From NCBI RefSeq assembly GCF_963921235.1, contig NC_086097.1:203362001-203426000 (forward strand): DNA of 64,000 bases, read 5' to 3'. Every line of letters starts with the position of its first letter. Within the stretch, counting starts at the first letter, position 1. The notes below the pieces were generated by a model. That model saw nothing but the letters and a program-made list of their open reading frames with translations, searched no databases and was not told where the DNA came from. This DNA comes from Mobula hypostoma. Lineage: Eukaryota. The position numbers and the translations under genes were made by a program. Below are positions 1 to 13,143 of this stretch, in pieces.

Positions 1-522
1 TAGAAAAGGGAAAGTAAGGTAGTGCAAAAAAAAAACCGAGAGGCAGGTCCAGATATTTGGAGGTTTCGGCCCAGATCCGGGTCAGGATCCGTTCAGCAGT
101 CTTATCACAGTTGGAAAGAAGCTGTTCCTAAATCTGGCCGTATGAGTCTTCAAGCTCCTGAGCCTTCTCCCGGAGGGAAGAGGGACGAAAAGTGTGTTGG
201 CTGGGCGGGTCGTGTCCTTGATTATTCTGGCAGCACTGCTCCGACAGCGTGCGGTGTAAAGTGAGTCCAAGGACGGAAGATTGGTTTGTGTGATGTGCTG
301 GACTGTGTTCATGATCTTCTGCAGCTTCTTCCAGTCTTGGACAGGACAACTTCCATACCAGGTTGTGGTGCACCCTAGAAGAATGCTTTCTATGGCGCAT
401 CTATAAAAATTAGTGAGGGTTTTAGGGGACAGGCCAAATTTCTTTAGTTTTCTCAGGAAGTAAAGGCGCTGGTGGGCCTTCTTGGCAGTGGACTCTGCTT
501 GATTGGACCAAGTCAGGTCATT
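1..522 (-). mobile_element. Rex1/Babar-type LINE 3' fragment
   Basis: C-terminal motif LPSGRRLRSLKTHTARFRNSFFPTVIRLLN. Confidence 0.8.
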
Positions 523-957
523 TACTTAGCAAACCTATATATCAGTAACTGTAAACAGGAGTCTTCACCATTATCCTCCTCCTCCTCCTGCTGTTCCCAT
601 GATTTCAACTCAGATCCTTACATTTTATTGCTTTCCCTCTGCTAGTAGCTGGTATCTTTGATTGGCAAAGTTGTGCAGCATGCAGCAGGCAATAATAAAT
701 TCTCCCACAACCTCTATTGTGGTTGAAAAGTGCACCTGTGTAAGCAGCATGGGAAGTAGAAGGAAGATTCCACCCCTCTTGTATCTACTGGATGAAGAAG
801 TCATATGTGCAACCCAGAAACATGGCATTCACCATCAGGATTTTTTTGTTGTAATCCACAATGATCTGCATATTGAGAAACTGGAGACTTGTCCTGTCTA
901 TCAAAAATTACAGCTTATTTAAGGAGACTCCATGGGTGTAAGGGTGAGTCCAAGGCT

Positions 958-1087
958 GCACACACAAAATGTTGGAGGAACTCAGCAGGTCAGGCAGGAT
1001 GCTGGTTTCTCCAGCATTTCGTGTGTGCTGCTAACCATTTCGTGTGTGCTGCTCTTGATTTCTAGCACCTGCAGAATCTCTAGTGTT
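958..1087. mobile_element. Short inverted pLTR-tail insertion of a related Penelope subfamily
   Basis: cacacaaaatgttggagga ... tccagcatttcgtgtgtg inverted arms. Flanking TGAGTCCA(A/C)GGCT (945-957, 1088-1100). Confidence 0.65.
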
Positions 1088-2800
1088 TGAGTCCACGGCT
1101 ATGTGTATGTGCGACTAGTGATGTTAACTATTCCTCTTATTTATGTTAACAATTATTTTCTATTTGAGCATAGAGTAGGAGCGATATTTCTGATGCAGCA
1201 GTGAGGGGCAATGTGAGAGATGTGGCAGAGATCTGTTGTGAATACTTAGAAGGATCATGTGGTGAGCAAATTGAGAAGGGACATGATGTTGAACTCCATG
1301 GAGATGCCAGTCCATGCTCTTAAGTTTAGCTATAAGTCATATCACTGAACCTCATGTTACTTGGTGATGACAGCCTTGAAGAAGCTGAAATGTCTGGGTG
1401 GGATGAAGTGTCTCTGAAGATATTTTGAGCCAAGTAGAGAATATGAATTAGGACCTGGGTCCATGAGCAGCAAACATGCTCATTGACTTCACGTGTTTTA
1501 ACTTTGGAGCTTCACAGTATATGAAGAGCAGGCCACCTGTCTGATCAACTGAGTGATGGGAAGCCTTCTCTATTGTTCTCTTCTGTCAAGCACACTGGGA
1601 AATCTGCCAGCTCTCATTCTTATTCCAAATGCATGCTTATCTGTTATTGCTGCTCTCACTGCTGACTTCAATAGCATTTTATTCTCACATGGTAATGATT
1701 TCAATTTGTGATAGTAGAGAGAACAAAAAGTATTTTAACACAAGGGAATTTTTAAAATTGAGGCACTGGAGGGCTATGAGTCAATAAATAGATTTTGGGT
1801 ACATAGGACTTAGAACATATGTTGTAGACAGAGTTTTGAATGAACTGATGTTTTTTAGAGTATGGGAGATTAGCTGGAAGAGATTTACAATAATTAGAGG
1901 CGATGAAGTTTCGGCTGAAAAGCAGTATAGGAGAGTATTGGGTTATGCAGGGTAAAGTTGGAGATAATTGTGAGGGAGATTACATAGGTTTGGAATTTGA
2001 ATTTGTGGTCAGAAAAGACAATGGGATTGCATGCTAATTTGATTTGTGACAATAGCTGAAGAAGAGTACAGTAATAATGGTAGTGGAACAGATTATTAGA
2101 TGGAAACTTTTGTTGATGGATTTAAATTCCTTAGTTTTAAACTGGAGGAAACTATATTTTATTCAAGAATAGGTTGTTAGAACAGGAATGAGATATGCAG
2201 ATGCAGGAGAAATACTATTAAGCCCAGCAGCATTATAGAGCTTGATGACATCAATATATGTTTGAAGCTGATCCCTTGTGAAGGCATATTTCTGAAAAAG
2301 AGAAATGGTCTTGGCACACTCTGGAGGTAACAATGCCAGAGAGGGATTCTGGCTCCCACTGCATCAGCTTCTGCAGCAAATGACCACTGCAGCACCTCCA
2401 GATTTCCCTGAATTGTACAAGTGAAAATATTGCTGCATGAGTCATTTCCAACTCCCTGTCTGGGAGGATCTGGGTACCAGATGAAAGTTTCACTCCAACA
2501 CAACATTTCTGTTTTCTTATTCCTTTATTTATTTGCAGTTTTTGTTTGCTGTCAATATAACAAGACAATAGACATTTCAAACATTTCTCAGGACAGCTGT
2601 TTGGTCATTCTGATTTGCTTTTTCTTGAAGGCACATATCAATTTATCAGCATTGTAATTCACTTTTATTACTTTCTACCCTACAGCTTTCTTAAAGTTGT
2701 CTAATTACATTAACCCTTACCTAAACAACCCTGCTTAACACTGTTTTCAGGACTCATTCTGTAAAAAAAATACTAGTCTAGTATTTCCTATTTCTTGCAG

Positions 2801-2967
2801 GTGGAGCTAACCAATGATGTTCAGTCCTTGCTACCAACAATGGTAGCTGTCATGGTGGCCAGGATGATTGGAGACATGTTCAACCATTCATTGTACAGTT
2901 CCCTACTGAAGCAAAAATGTATTCCATTCTTGGAGCCAGAGCCATGTGTCTTGTACCATAAGAAACA
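2801..2967 (+). CDS. CLC chloride channel/H+-Cl- antiporter (ClC-6/7 branch, 'chloride channel protein C-like'), internal exon with the last membrane helices
   Basis: Acceptor tttcttgcag|GTG, donor AAACA|gtaagt. Translates VELTNDVQSLLPTMVAVMVARMIGDMFNHSLYSSLLKQKCIPFLEPEPCVLYHKK, a typical CLC late-helix segment with the conserved Tyr (SLY) and IPFLE. 167 nt, ends in phase 2. Confidence 0.93.
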
Positions 2968-3119
2968 GTAAGTATCTACTGAATCTTCCAGTAAGCTCAG
3001 TATCTCATCCAGATATGAAAACTGGAACTGCTTTGCCACGGAGTGGCAATGGCATACAATTAAGGTAAGCAAAGGTGTTACATTTTGGGAAGTCATACTA
3101 GTGTAGGATTTTCACAGTG

Positions 3120-3547
3120 AATAGCAGGGTTCTAGAAGAGAGGAACTGAATTTTGTTCTTGTGGTGTCAGAGGTAGACTGGGTAATGAAGAAGACATTTA
3201 GTGTGAATATAGGAGCTAAGATGTTGTGTTTCAGTTTTACAAGATAATACTGAGGCCAAACTTGGAGTGTTGTTTTTAGTTTTGATTGACTATTCTGTTA
3301 TAGGAAACACATCGTTAAGCTGGAAAGAGTGCGAGCAAAATTTATGAGACTGCTGCCATGACTCAAGGGCCTATTTTAGGACAAGGATGGGCAGGATAGG
3401 ACTTTATTCCTTGGAGCATAGGAGACTGAGGGGGGTTTTATAAAGGTGTATAAAATCATGAGAAGCTCCATAGGGTGAATGCATACAGTGTTTTTCCTAG
3501 GGAAAGAGATTCAAAAACTAGGTGGCATAGATTTAAGGTGGGAGAAG
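3120..3547 (+). mobile_element. CR1 LINE fragment (decayed)
   Basis: Similar to the CR1 ORF2 C-terminal region seen at 24600-25100. Confidence 0.65.
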
Positions 3548-4980
3548 AATCAGAATGAGGTTTAATATGACTGGCATATGTCATGAAATATGTTGTTTTG
3601 TGCCAGCAGTACATTACAATACATGATGAAAAATGATACATTCCAATCAGAAATATATAATATAAGCTATTCCTAAAGCATTAAGTGTTTGTCTTTAGGC
3701 TCCTGTACCTCTCCACTGATGGTGGCAATCAGAGGAAAGCGTATCCCGGGTCATGGGGGTCCTTAATAAAGAATACCACCTTTCTGAGGCATTGCCTTTT
3801 GAAGATGTCCTTGATGATGGGGAGGCTAGTGCCCGTGATAGAGCTGGCTGAGTTTGCAACTTTCTGCGGCTTTTTCCAGTTCAGTGTATTGGTGCCTCCA
3901 TATCAAATGATGATGCAGCCAGTCAGAATGTTCTGCACGGTACATCTGTAGAAATTTGCGAGATTCTTTGGTGACATACCAATTCTCCTCAAACTCGTAA
4001 TGAAATATAACTGCTGTTGTGTCTTGTTTGTAATTGCATCAATATGTTAGATCTTCAGAGATGTTGACACCTGGGAACTAGAAACTGCTCTCCCTTTCCA
4101 CTGCTGATCCTCTCATGAGGACTGGTGTGTGTTCCCTCGACTTCCCTTGACATCAGCTCTGGCAAGATTTACAGGCCAATACTTTCTACAAGCCAAAATC
4201 TAACAAGATTTTGGCTTGTAGGAAGTATTGGCCTGCAAATCCTGCCAGAGCTGATGTGCATCTGATTCTGTCTCTAACTTCAATCAGAATTGTTTTTTTT
4301 GTTCTTAAAAAGCCTTCTGTAGGTTGTACCTAGACATCTTGTAAAGTTCTGGATCAGAAGTCTTAAATGCCACAGATCAAGTTTGTAGCTGACTGCAGAT
4401 CTGCTGGTTCATCCATGGCTTTTGGTTTAGATATGTCCAGTATGTTCTTGAAGGCATATACTCTCCAGACAGGTCTTGATGAAGTTGGTGACACTGTAAT
4501 GTATTCATTCAGATCCAAAGAAGAATCCCTGAATATTGTCCTGTACACCTACTCAAAGCAGTCCTGTAGGCGCTGCTCTGCCTCCCTTGACCTTACCTTC
4601 TTGGTCCTCACCACGGGTCTTCAGTCTCTGCCTGAACACCGGGAGTAGAAGTGCAGCCAGGTGATCGGACTTTCCAAAGTGCGGGTGTAGGATGGCATGG
4701 TCAGCGTTCTTGATGGTGGAATAATGGTGAAGTGTATTGGCTCTTTTGGTTCCACAGGTGATATGTTGGTGATAGTTGTGCAGAGATTTCTACAAGCTGG
4801 ACAGATTGAAATCCCCTGCAATGATAGGGAAGGCATCAGGGTGTGGAGTTTCATGACTGCTGATTACGGAGATCAGCTCCTTCAGTGCCTGCCTGAGGTG
4901 AAATGCACACGTGACTAGAATGAGGCAGAAAGCCCCCTTGGCAGATAAAATGGATGATACTTGACCCACTAGATGTCCCA
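3548..4980 (-). mobile_element. Rex1/Babar-type LINE, internally deleted
   Basis: 3' tail (agaatcagaat), RT C-terminal homology 3660-4147, endonuclease motif HPDAFPIIAGDFN at ~4800-4850. Confidence 0.75.
4150..4257. repeat. 52-bp inverted repeat with 4-nt loop
   Basis: Arms 4150-4201 and 4206-4257, 3 mismatches. Confidence 0.92.
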
Positions 4981-5229
4981 GCAGGACAGAGACAGTACTG
5001 TCACGTCCATGCACAACGTTGACTTAATCATGAACCATTCTCCCCCTCCTCTGCTTTTAAGAAAGATTTAGAAGAGACCTGAAGCACAGATCCTTCAGGC
5101 AGAGGATGGTGCATGTATGGAATGAGTTCCCAGAGGAAGTGACACAACATTGAAAAGATATTTGGACTGGTACATGGATAGGGGACAAATGTGTGCATGT
5201 TGGTCTACATGGACAAATTGGGCTGAAAG

Positions 5230-8200
5230 ACCATAAGACATAGGTGCAGAATTAGGTCATTCAGCCCATTGAGGCTCTTCTGCCATTCCGTCATAGCTGA
5301 TTTATTATCTCTGTGAACCCTATCCTGCCTTCTCTCCATAACATTTGATGCCCTTACTAATCCAGAATTTATCATCCTCTGCTTTAAATATACCCAATGA
5401 CTTAGCCTCTACAATCATCTATGGCAATGAATTCCACAGATTCATCATCCTCTAGATGAAGAAATTCCTCCTCATCTCTGTTCTAAAGGGATATACCTTG
5501 ATTCTGAGGCTGTGCCCTCAAGTCCTATATTGCCCCACTGTAGGAAACATTCTTTTCATATTCACTCTATCTAGTCCTTTCAGTATTCGATAGGTTTCAA
5601 TAAGATTCCAACGTCATTCTTGTATCTTCAGTAAATACAGGCCCAGAGCCGTCAATTGCTCCTCGTATGTTAACTTCTTCATTCCTGGAATCATTCTTAT
5701 GAACAATCTCTGGACTGTCTCCAATGCCAGCACATCCTTTCTTAGATAAGACCACCAAAACTGCTCGTAGTACTCCAGGTGCGCTCTGACCAATGTCTTA
5801 TGAAGCATCAGCATTACATTCTTGCTTTTATATTCTAATCCTTTTGAAATTAATGCTAACATTGAATTCCTTACCACTGACTCAAACTGCAAACTGCAAG
5901 TTAACCTTAGGGAATGTTGCATGATGACTCCTAACTCCCTTTGCACATTGGATTTCTGAGTTTGTTCCCCATTTAGAAAATAGAGTACACCTTTATTCCT
6001 TCTACTGAAGTGCCTGACCATATACTTCCCTACACTGTATTCCATCAGCCATTTCTTTGCCCATTTTCCTAATCTGTCTAAATCTTCAGCAGACTCCTTG
6101 CTTCCTTAGCATGAGCTGCCATTCCACCTATCTTTGTATTGTCTGCAAACCTGGTCGCAAAGCAATCAATCCCATCATCCTATAATGCCATGGGCTCTTA
6201 TCTTGTTTAGCTGCCTCATGTGTGGCACCTCAGAATCAGGACCAGGTTTAACATCACTGGCATATGTTGTGTAATTTGTTTACTTAGCAGCAGCAGTATG
6301 ATGTAATACATGATAATGTAGAAAAAAATCAATCACAGGAATATATATACTGCATATAAAATAAAGTAAAAATAGTACAAAAACAGAAATAAGTGAGGTA
6401 GTATTCATGGATTCAAAGTCCATTTAGGAATTGGATGGAAAAGGGGAAGAAGCTGTTCCTGAATCGCTGAGTGTGTGCCTTCAGGCTTCTGAACCTCCTA
6501 CCTGATGGTAAAAGTGAGAAAAGGGCATGCCCTGGGTGCTGGAAGTCCTTAATAATAGATGCTGCCTTTCTGAGACACCGCTCCCTGAAGATGTTCTGCG
6601 TACTTTGCAGGCTGGTACCCAAGATGGAGCCGACTAATTTTACAACTTTCTGTAGCTTCTTTCAGCCCTATACAGTAGCCTTCCTCTCCCCCACATACTA
6701 CACAGTGCTGCAGCCTGTCAGAATGCTCTCCACAGTACATCTGTAGAAGTTTTCAAGTGTCTTAGGTGGCAAAACTCCTCAAGCTCCTAATGAAATATAG
6801 CTGCTGTATGCTTTGTTTATAACTGCATTGATATGTTGGGACCAAGTTAGGTCCTCAGAGATCTTGACACCTAGGAACTTGAAATTGATCACTTTCTCCA
6901 CTTCTGATCCCTCTATGAGGATTGGTGTCTGTTCCCTTGTCTTACCCTTCCCAAGGTCCACAATCAGCTCTTTGGTCTTACTGACATCGAGTGTAAAGTT
7001 GTAGTTGCAACATCACTCAACTAGCTGGTATATCTTGCTCCTGTTCGCCCTCTCATCTCCATCTGAGATTCTACCAACAATGCTTGTATCATCAGCAAAG
7101 TTATAGATGGCATTTGAGCGATACCTAGCCACATAGTCATGTGTATAGACAGAGTAGAGCAGTGGGCTAAGCACACACGCTGAGCACACTCCTCCATCAG
7201 TGAGGAGGAGATATTGTCACCAATCTGCACAGATTGTGCTCTTTTGTTAGGAAGTCAAGGATCCAATTGCATAGGGAGGTACAAAGGCCCAAGTTCTGTA
7301 GCTAATTGATCAGGATTGTGGGAATGATGGTAGTAAATGCTGAGCTATAGTCAATGAACAGCATCCTGATATAGGGGTTTGTATTGTCCAGGTGGTCTAA
7401 GCCAGTGTGAAGAGACATTGAGATTGTGCCTGCCATAGACCTATTGTAGCGATAGACAAATTGCAGTGGGTCCAGGTCCTTGCTGAGGCAGGAGTTGATC
7501 CCGGCCGTGACCAATCCCTCAAAGCATTTCATCACTGTAGATGGAAGTGCTGCTGGTGTAATTGTTATCCTTTTGAAGCAGATGGGAGCTTCCGACCATA
7601 GCAATGAGAGGCTGAAAATGTCCTAGAATATTCCCGCCAGCTGGTTGAAACAAGTGTTCAGAGCACACCAGGTATTCCATCAGGGCCTTCCGCCTTGCGA
7701 GGGTTCACCCTCCTTAAAGACAGCCTGACATCGGCCTCTCAGACAGAGATCACAGGGTCACCCGGGTACAGCAGGGATCTTCACAGCTGTAGTTATATCC
7801 TGCCTTTCAAAGTGGGCATAGGAGGCGCTGAGCTTGTCTGATAGTGAAGCATTGCTGCCATTCATGCAATTAGATTTCGTTTTGTAGGAAGTAATGTCCC
7901 ACAAACCCTGCCAGAGTTGACGTGCATCCAATGTCACCTCCAACCTTGCTCTGAATCGTTTCTTCACTCCTGAAGTAACCCTCTGCAAGTCATCCCTGGT
8001 CTTCTTGTATAGACCTGGGTCACCAGACTTAAATGCCACATACCTAGCCCTCGGCAGATGACGAACCTCCTGGTTCATCCACGGCACTTTGTCAAAGGCT
8101 TTCTAAAAATACAAGTAAACAGCATCCACTAATTCTTTGTCTATCCTGCTTGTTATTTCCTCAAAGAATTCCAACAGATTTGTCAGGCAAGATTTCCCCT

Positions 8201-8430
8201 GAAGGAAATCATTCTGACTTTGGCTTATTTTATCAGGCCGCTGTGGTTTCCTTTATTCCACAGTAATACCGATACATCTGACGTTAGCTTCTCCCTCTCT
8301 AACAGCTGGGTGAATTCTATCATATTATGATCGCTGCTTCTTAAGTGTTACTTTTTCCCTGGTGGGCTCAATCTCAAGCTGCTCTAACAAGCCATCTCAT
8401 AGGCATTCTACAAATGCTTTCTCTTGGGAT
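5230..8430 (-). mobile_element. CR1 LINE (pieces ~5230-6230 and ~8083-8430) interrupted by Rex1
   Basis: LVRAHLEYYEQFW motif. The sequence gtggcacct|tgtcaaaggc is rejoined across the Rex1 insertion. Confidence 0.8.
6231..8082 (-). mobile_element. Rex1/Babar-type LINE nested in CR1
   Basis: Motifs MKCFE, LDPLQF, RMLFIDYSSAF, FKFLGV, RNSFFP. Tail cagaatcagg. Confidence 0.88.
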
Positions 8431-8904
8431 CCTGTTACCTAGCTGTAATCTCCATTACTCTAATTGCCAGGGCTATTAACTACAACACGAATAAATAATA
8501 ATTTCCTAACTATTCAACAAATCATCTAACGGTTAGAAAAAAAAGATTTGTTGCTACAATACGTGGCACTTGTGCATGAAGCTCCCTGCCTCTTAAGTTC
8601 TTCACCATAAATATAAATAGATTCTATAAACAGAGAAATTCTGGCACCCAGGTTTTTAAGCTTACGGCTTAGTAAAGAAGAAGAGTGTTACAATTATAGT
8701 TTTATTGTTTATAATTTTAGGGAAAAAAAGAGGATAGGCAGGAAAAAAAAACCTGGAAGCTATTTGTGGGATTCTTGGAAGTCTGACTTAGGAAGGGAAA
8801 GCCATGCTTGAGAAATCTCTTGGTGTTCTTTGAGGATCTGGTTAGCAGAATGGATGGCAAAGTGTATCACAGCTATGATATTTAACTTCCAGGTGAGCCC
8901 AACA

Positions 8905-10702
8905 CCTTTAATGCATGCTTTGAAGGAGAGAATAAAACTGTGCAAATCCCTGCAGCACCTGTGATCTCTGTCTTGGAGGCCAACAGCAGAACATCTTTCA
9001 AGAGTGTGAACCTTCACAAGCCGTCAGACGTTGATGGTGTACCTGGTAGGGCTCTAAAAACCCGTGCCAACCAGCTGGCGGGAGTGTTCAAGGCCATCTT
9101 CAACCTCTCGCTGCTGCAGTTGGAGGTTCCCACCTCTTTCAAAAGGGCGACAATCATACCAGTGTCGAAGAACGTCGGGTGAACTGCCTCAATGACTATC
9201 ACCCTGTTGCACACAAATCTACTGTGATGGAGTGCTTTGAGAGTTGGTCATGGCTAGAATAAGCTCCTCCCTAAGCAAGGACCTGGACCATTGTAATTTT
9301 CTTATCACCGCAATAGATCTACAGCGGATGCAATTCCACTGGCTCTCCACTAGGCCTTGGATCACCTGGACAATAGCAATACCTACATCAGGCTGCTGTT
9401 TATTGATTACAGTTCAGCGTACAACAGCATCATACTCTCAGTCCTAATCAACCAGCTCCAAAACCTGAGTCTCTGTACCTTCCTCTGAAACTAGACTTAC
9501 TCTCCAAGAGACCACATTCAGTGTGGATTGGAAATAACATCTATTCCAACACTGGCACACCTCGAGGTTACGTGCTTAGCCCACTGCTTTACTCTCTCTA
9601 CACCCACGGCTGTGTGGTTAGGCACAGCTCAAACACCATCTATAAATTTGCTGATGATACAGTTATTGTTGGCAGAATTTCAGATGGTAATGAAGAGGCA
9701 CACAGGAGTGAGACAGATCAGCTGGTTGAGTGGTGTTGCAATAACAACAATGTCAATAAGATCATGGAATTGATTGTGGACTTCAGGAAGAAGAAATTGA
9801 GGGATCAGCAGTGGAAAGGGTGAACAGATTCAAGTTCCTGGGTGTCAACATCTCTGAAGATCTAACCTGGGCCCAACATTTTGATGCAATTACAAAGAAG
9901 TCATGGCAGCAGCTATATTTCATTAGGATTTTGAGGAGACTTGGTATGTCACAAAATACTCTTGCAAATTTCTGCAGGTTTATCACGGAGGGCATTCTAA
10001 CTGGTTGCATCGTGATCTGGTGTGGAGGAACCACTGAACAGGATCAAAAAGAACTGCAGAGAGTTGTGAACTCAGCCAGCTTCATCATGGTCACTAGCCT
10101 CCCCAGCATCGAGGATACCTTCTAAAGGCGATGCCTCAAGATGGTGGCATCCATCATTAAGGACCCCTATCACCAACAACATGCTGTCTCATTGCTGCCG
10201 TCACGGAGAATGTATAGGAGCCTGAAAGCACACACTCAAATGTTTCAGGAAAAGCTTCTTCCTCATCGCCATTAGATTTCTGAATGGACAATGAACCCAT
10301 GAAGACTACCTTATTACTTGCTATCTTTTTGCACTATTCACTTAATTTAATTCTTTATATATATTTCTTATAGTATGTGGCCAAGTGGTTAAGGTGTTCA
10401 TCTAGTGATCTGAAGGTTGCCAGTTTGAGCCTTAGCTGTGGCAGCGTGTTTGTGTCCTTCAGCAAGGCACTTAACCACACATTGCTCTAGTGTCTGTGGG
10501 AGGAGTGGCGCCCCACACAGACTTCCAATCTGCGCCTTGTAAGGCATGAAAATGCCCGATGCAGGCTTCTCATGGTCTGAGTCAATGTTCCCTCCCCCTC
10601 TTATAGTAATTTATTTAAAAAAATTATTATATGCTACAATGTACAGCTGCTGCAAAGCAACATATTTCACAGCATATGCCAGTGATATTAAACCTGATTC
10701 TG
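8905..10702 (+). mobile_element. Rex1/Babar-type LINE 3' half
   Basis: LSPLLYSLYTH, KFADD, FKFLGV. 3' UTR ends aaacctgattctg and contains a SINE. Confidence 0.88.
10376..10598 (+). mobile_element. tRNA-derived SINE inserted in a Rex1 3' UTR
   Basis: A-box-like gtggccaagtgg, B-box-like agtttgagcc. 10-bp TSD TCTTATAGTA (10366-10375, 10599-10608). Confidence 0.8.
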
Positions 10703-10709
10703 GATAAGG

Positions 10710-11270
10710 TGGTAAAGCAGTTGATGAGTGTTTGGATTTGCAAAAGGATTTTGATTACATGTGGCACAAGAGGTTGATTATTGACTTCATGGAATTAGAG
10801 GTAATGTACAGACATGGATTTAAAACTGATTATTCAACCAGTATGAACACATCTTTCTTGTGTTGGTAAACTATGACTTGTGAGGTACCACATGGATCAC
10901 TGATTGGATCCCAGCATTTCACAATTTTTCTGAACAATTGGACTGAGGATAAGACATATCATATTTCCATTTCTGTTGATGAAACTCAGTGGGATTGTGA
11001 ATATGGAAGAAGATGCAAAGAAAGCGAATTGGATGTTGATTAAGGAGAAGAAAAATGTGAGGTCACCTACTTGGATGCACATATATGAAAATCAAAGGAT
11101 TTATTAAGTAGTAGGATATTGGTTCACATCAATATTCAAAAGGACCAAGTTTTGCTTGTGTACAAGTCACTAAAGGCCAACGTACAGGTTCAGCAAAGGA
11201 TTAGGCAGGCATATATGACTAGTAACTTTGATTATAGAAGTTAGAAAATCTTATTGTGATTTCATTCAAC
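10710..11270 (+). mobile_element. Old CR1 fragment (host of the Harbinger MITE)
   Basis: Degenerate RT-region similarity (ttggatttgcaaaagg, gaggtaccacatggatc). Confidence 0.55.
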
Positions 11271-11274
11271 CTTA

Positions 11275-11787
11275 AGGCTGATTTATACTTGTGTGTCAGA
11301 TTGACGCTGTATTTACGGCATAGCTGCGAACCCTACACAGAGCCTATGTGGATCCCTACGCCGTAGCCTGACGCGCACCTCTCCTAAAATGTAACTACGC
11401 GTCGCGGCAATGCAGACCGCAACAACTGTGATTGGTCTGCTTGGTAGCATCGCATTTCCTCCTACGCTGCAATAGCTTCCCATTGGGCGATTGAAGGGCA
11501 GGGAAGGAACTCTGGCTGCAATGCTTTCCATAAAGCTTTACAGACCTCTGAAATTATGGAGGACACATTTTGCTTTTACGAAAAAAGACACTCACTTTAA
11601 ACTTGTTTACCCTGAGAAAGACTATCATGACCATGGAGCCTTTCACAGGCAGGTGTGTGCACATGCGTGTATGTGCCCGAATTGCAGCGTGACGTAGACA
11701 CACCAACGGACAAGTATAACTCACAATGCCATAGCTCATTTGCATAGGCTACGGCGTAAGCTGGTACGCACAAATATAAATCAGCCT
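11275..11787. mobile_element. PIF/Harbinger-type MITE (513 bp)
   Basis: TIRs AGGCTGATTTATACTTGTGTGT / ACGCACAAATATAAATCAGCCT (2 mismatches in 22). TTA TSD at 11272-11274 and 11788-11790. CpG-rich and non-coding. Confidence 0.88.
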
Positions 11788-11889
11788 TTAGTGAAACTAC
11801 AATTTTGATCTCTTTGTTTGTACTTGCCATTGACAGAGGGTAGCAGTGCAGAGGGCAGAAGATTCACTCGGTTCGTTTCAGGGAGATTA

Positions 11890-12480
11890 AAATCATAGAA
11901 TGATTTATACAGCATTTTTACAAGCCCTTTTGCCCAAGGAGCCTTACCATTTGCCTGTGTTTGGCTTAAATCTCTAAATTTTTTTTTATTTGTATACCTA
12001 TCCAAATGTCTTTTAAACATTGCAGTTGCACCCGCCTCTACTACTTCCTCTAACAGCTTATTCCAGATATCCACCATCCTCTATATGAGAAACTCACCTC
12101 TCAGATTCCTTTAAATATTTCTCCTCTCATGCAATACTTTCTAGATTTAGACTCCCCTAACCTGGGATAAACACTGTAACTGTCTCTCCTATAGTATTCT
12201 GCTCATGATTTTAGAAACTACAATAAGGTTATCCCTAATCTCCTTCACTCCAGGAAAAACTCTCCAGGCCTCTCCAGTCTCTCCTCATAACTCAAACTCT
12301 CCAGTCTTGGAAATATCCATGTGAATCTTTTTCTGGACCCTTTCCAACTTAGTGACATTCATCCTACAGCTAGATTATCAGAACTGCACACAATACTCCA
12401 GGCATGGTCTTATTAACATCTTGTACAGTCTGAACATGATGTCCCAATTCCTGTTCTCAATGCCCTAACCAATGACCAAT
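11890..12480 (-). mobile_element. CR1 LINE 3' fragment
   Basis: WNKLLEEVVEAG...FKRHLDRY. Confidence 0.75.
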
Positions 12481-12843
12481 GAAAACCCAACACCGATACC
12501 TACATCACACCACAGGTCTCAAGCCTCCAATCTGAAAGACAGCCCTCCATTATCACCCTCTGCATCTTACCATCAAACTAATTTTGCATCTGATTGTCCA
12601 GCATATTCTGGATCCTATGTGATCTCACCTTTGGAACCAGCCTGCCAATGCGGGTCCTTACAACTGTTTTGGAGGTTGACAGGAAATTCCATTGAAACTT
12701 GCAGAAATGTAAATGGCTTTGACAGATTAGGTACACAGAAGATGCTTCCCTGAATGAAGTGTCTAGAATTGTAAGTCCACAGTCTGGGAATAAGAGGTAG
12801 CCTGATTTGAAAGTGAAATAAAAAGGAATCTCTTCTTCTTATC

Positions 12844-13143
12844 GCATGGTAGCACAATGATTAGTGCAACTCCATTACTGCTCAGGGTGTTCTGGAGTTT
12901 GGAGTTCAATTCCGCTGCCACCTGTAAGGTGTTTGTACGTTATCCCTGTGAACTGTGCAGGTTTCTTCGGGATGCTCTGGTTTCCTCCCACAGTCCAAAG
13001 ATTTTCGAGTTAGTAGGTTAATCAGTTGTTGGAAATTGTCCTATCATTAGGCAAGTGTTAAATACTAGGTGGGTTGTTGTGTGCTGCAGCTTTCTGAGCT
13101 GGAAGGGGCTGTTCCACACTGTATCTCTACGTAAATAATAAAT
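12844..13143 (+). mobile_element. V-SINE (HE1-like)
   Basis: tRNA-like head (ggagttcaattcc), V-domain core ctctggtttcctcccacagtccaaaga, A/T-rich tail. Confidence 0.75.

Noticed and set aside
1200..2260. Possible ancient L2-type LINE remnants (also ~58850-59250)
   Set aside because: Only a vague compositional impression; no translatable motif could be confirmed by eye.
10376..10450. tRNA-like sequences here and at 12844 and 16715
   Set aside because: These are SINE heads followed by SINE bodies, tails or TSDs, with no complete cloverleaf.
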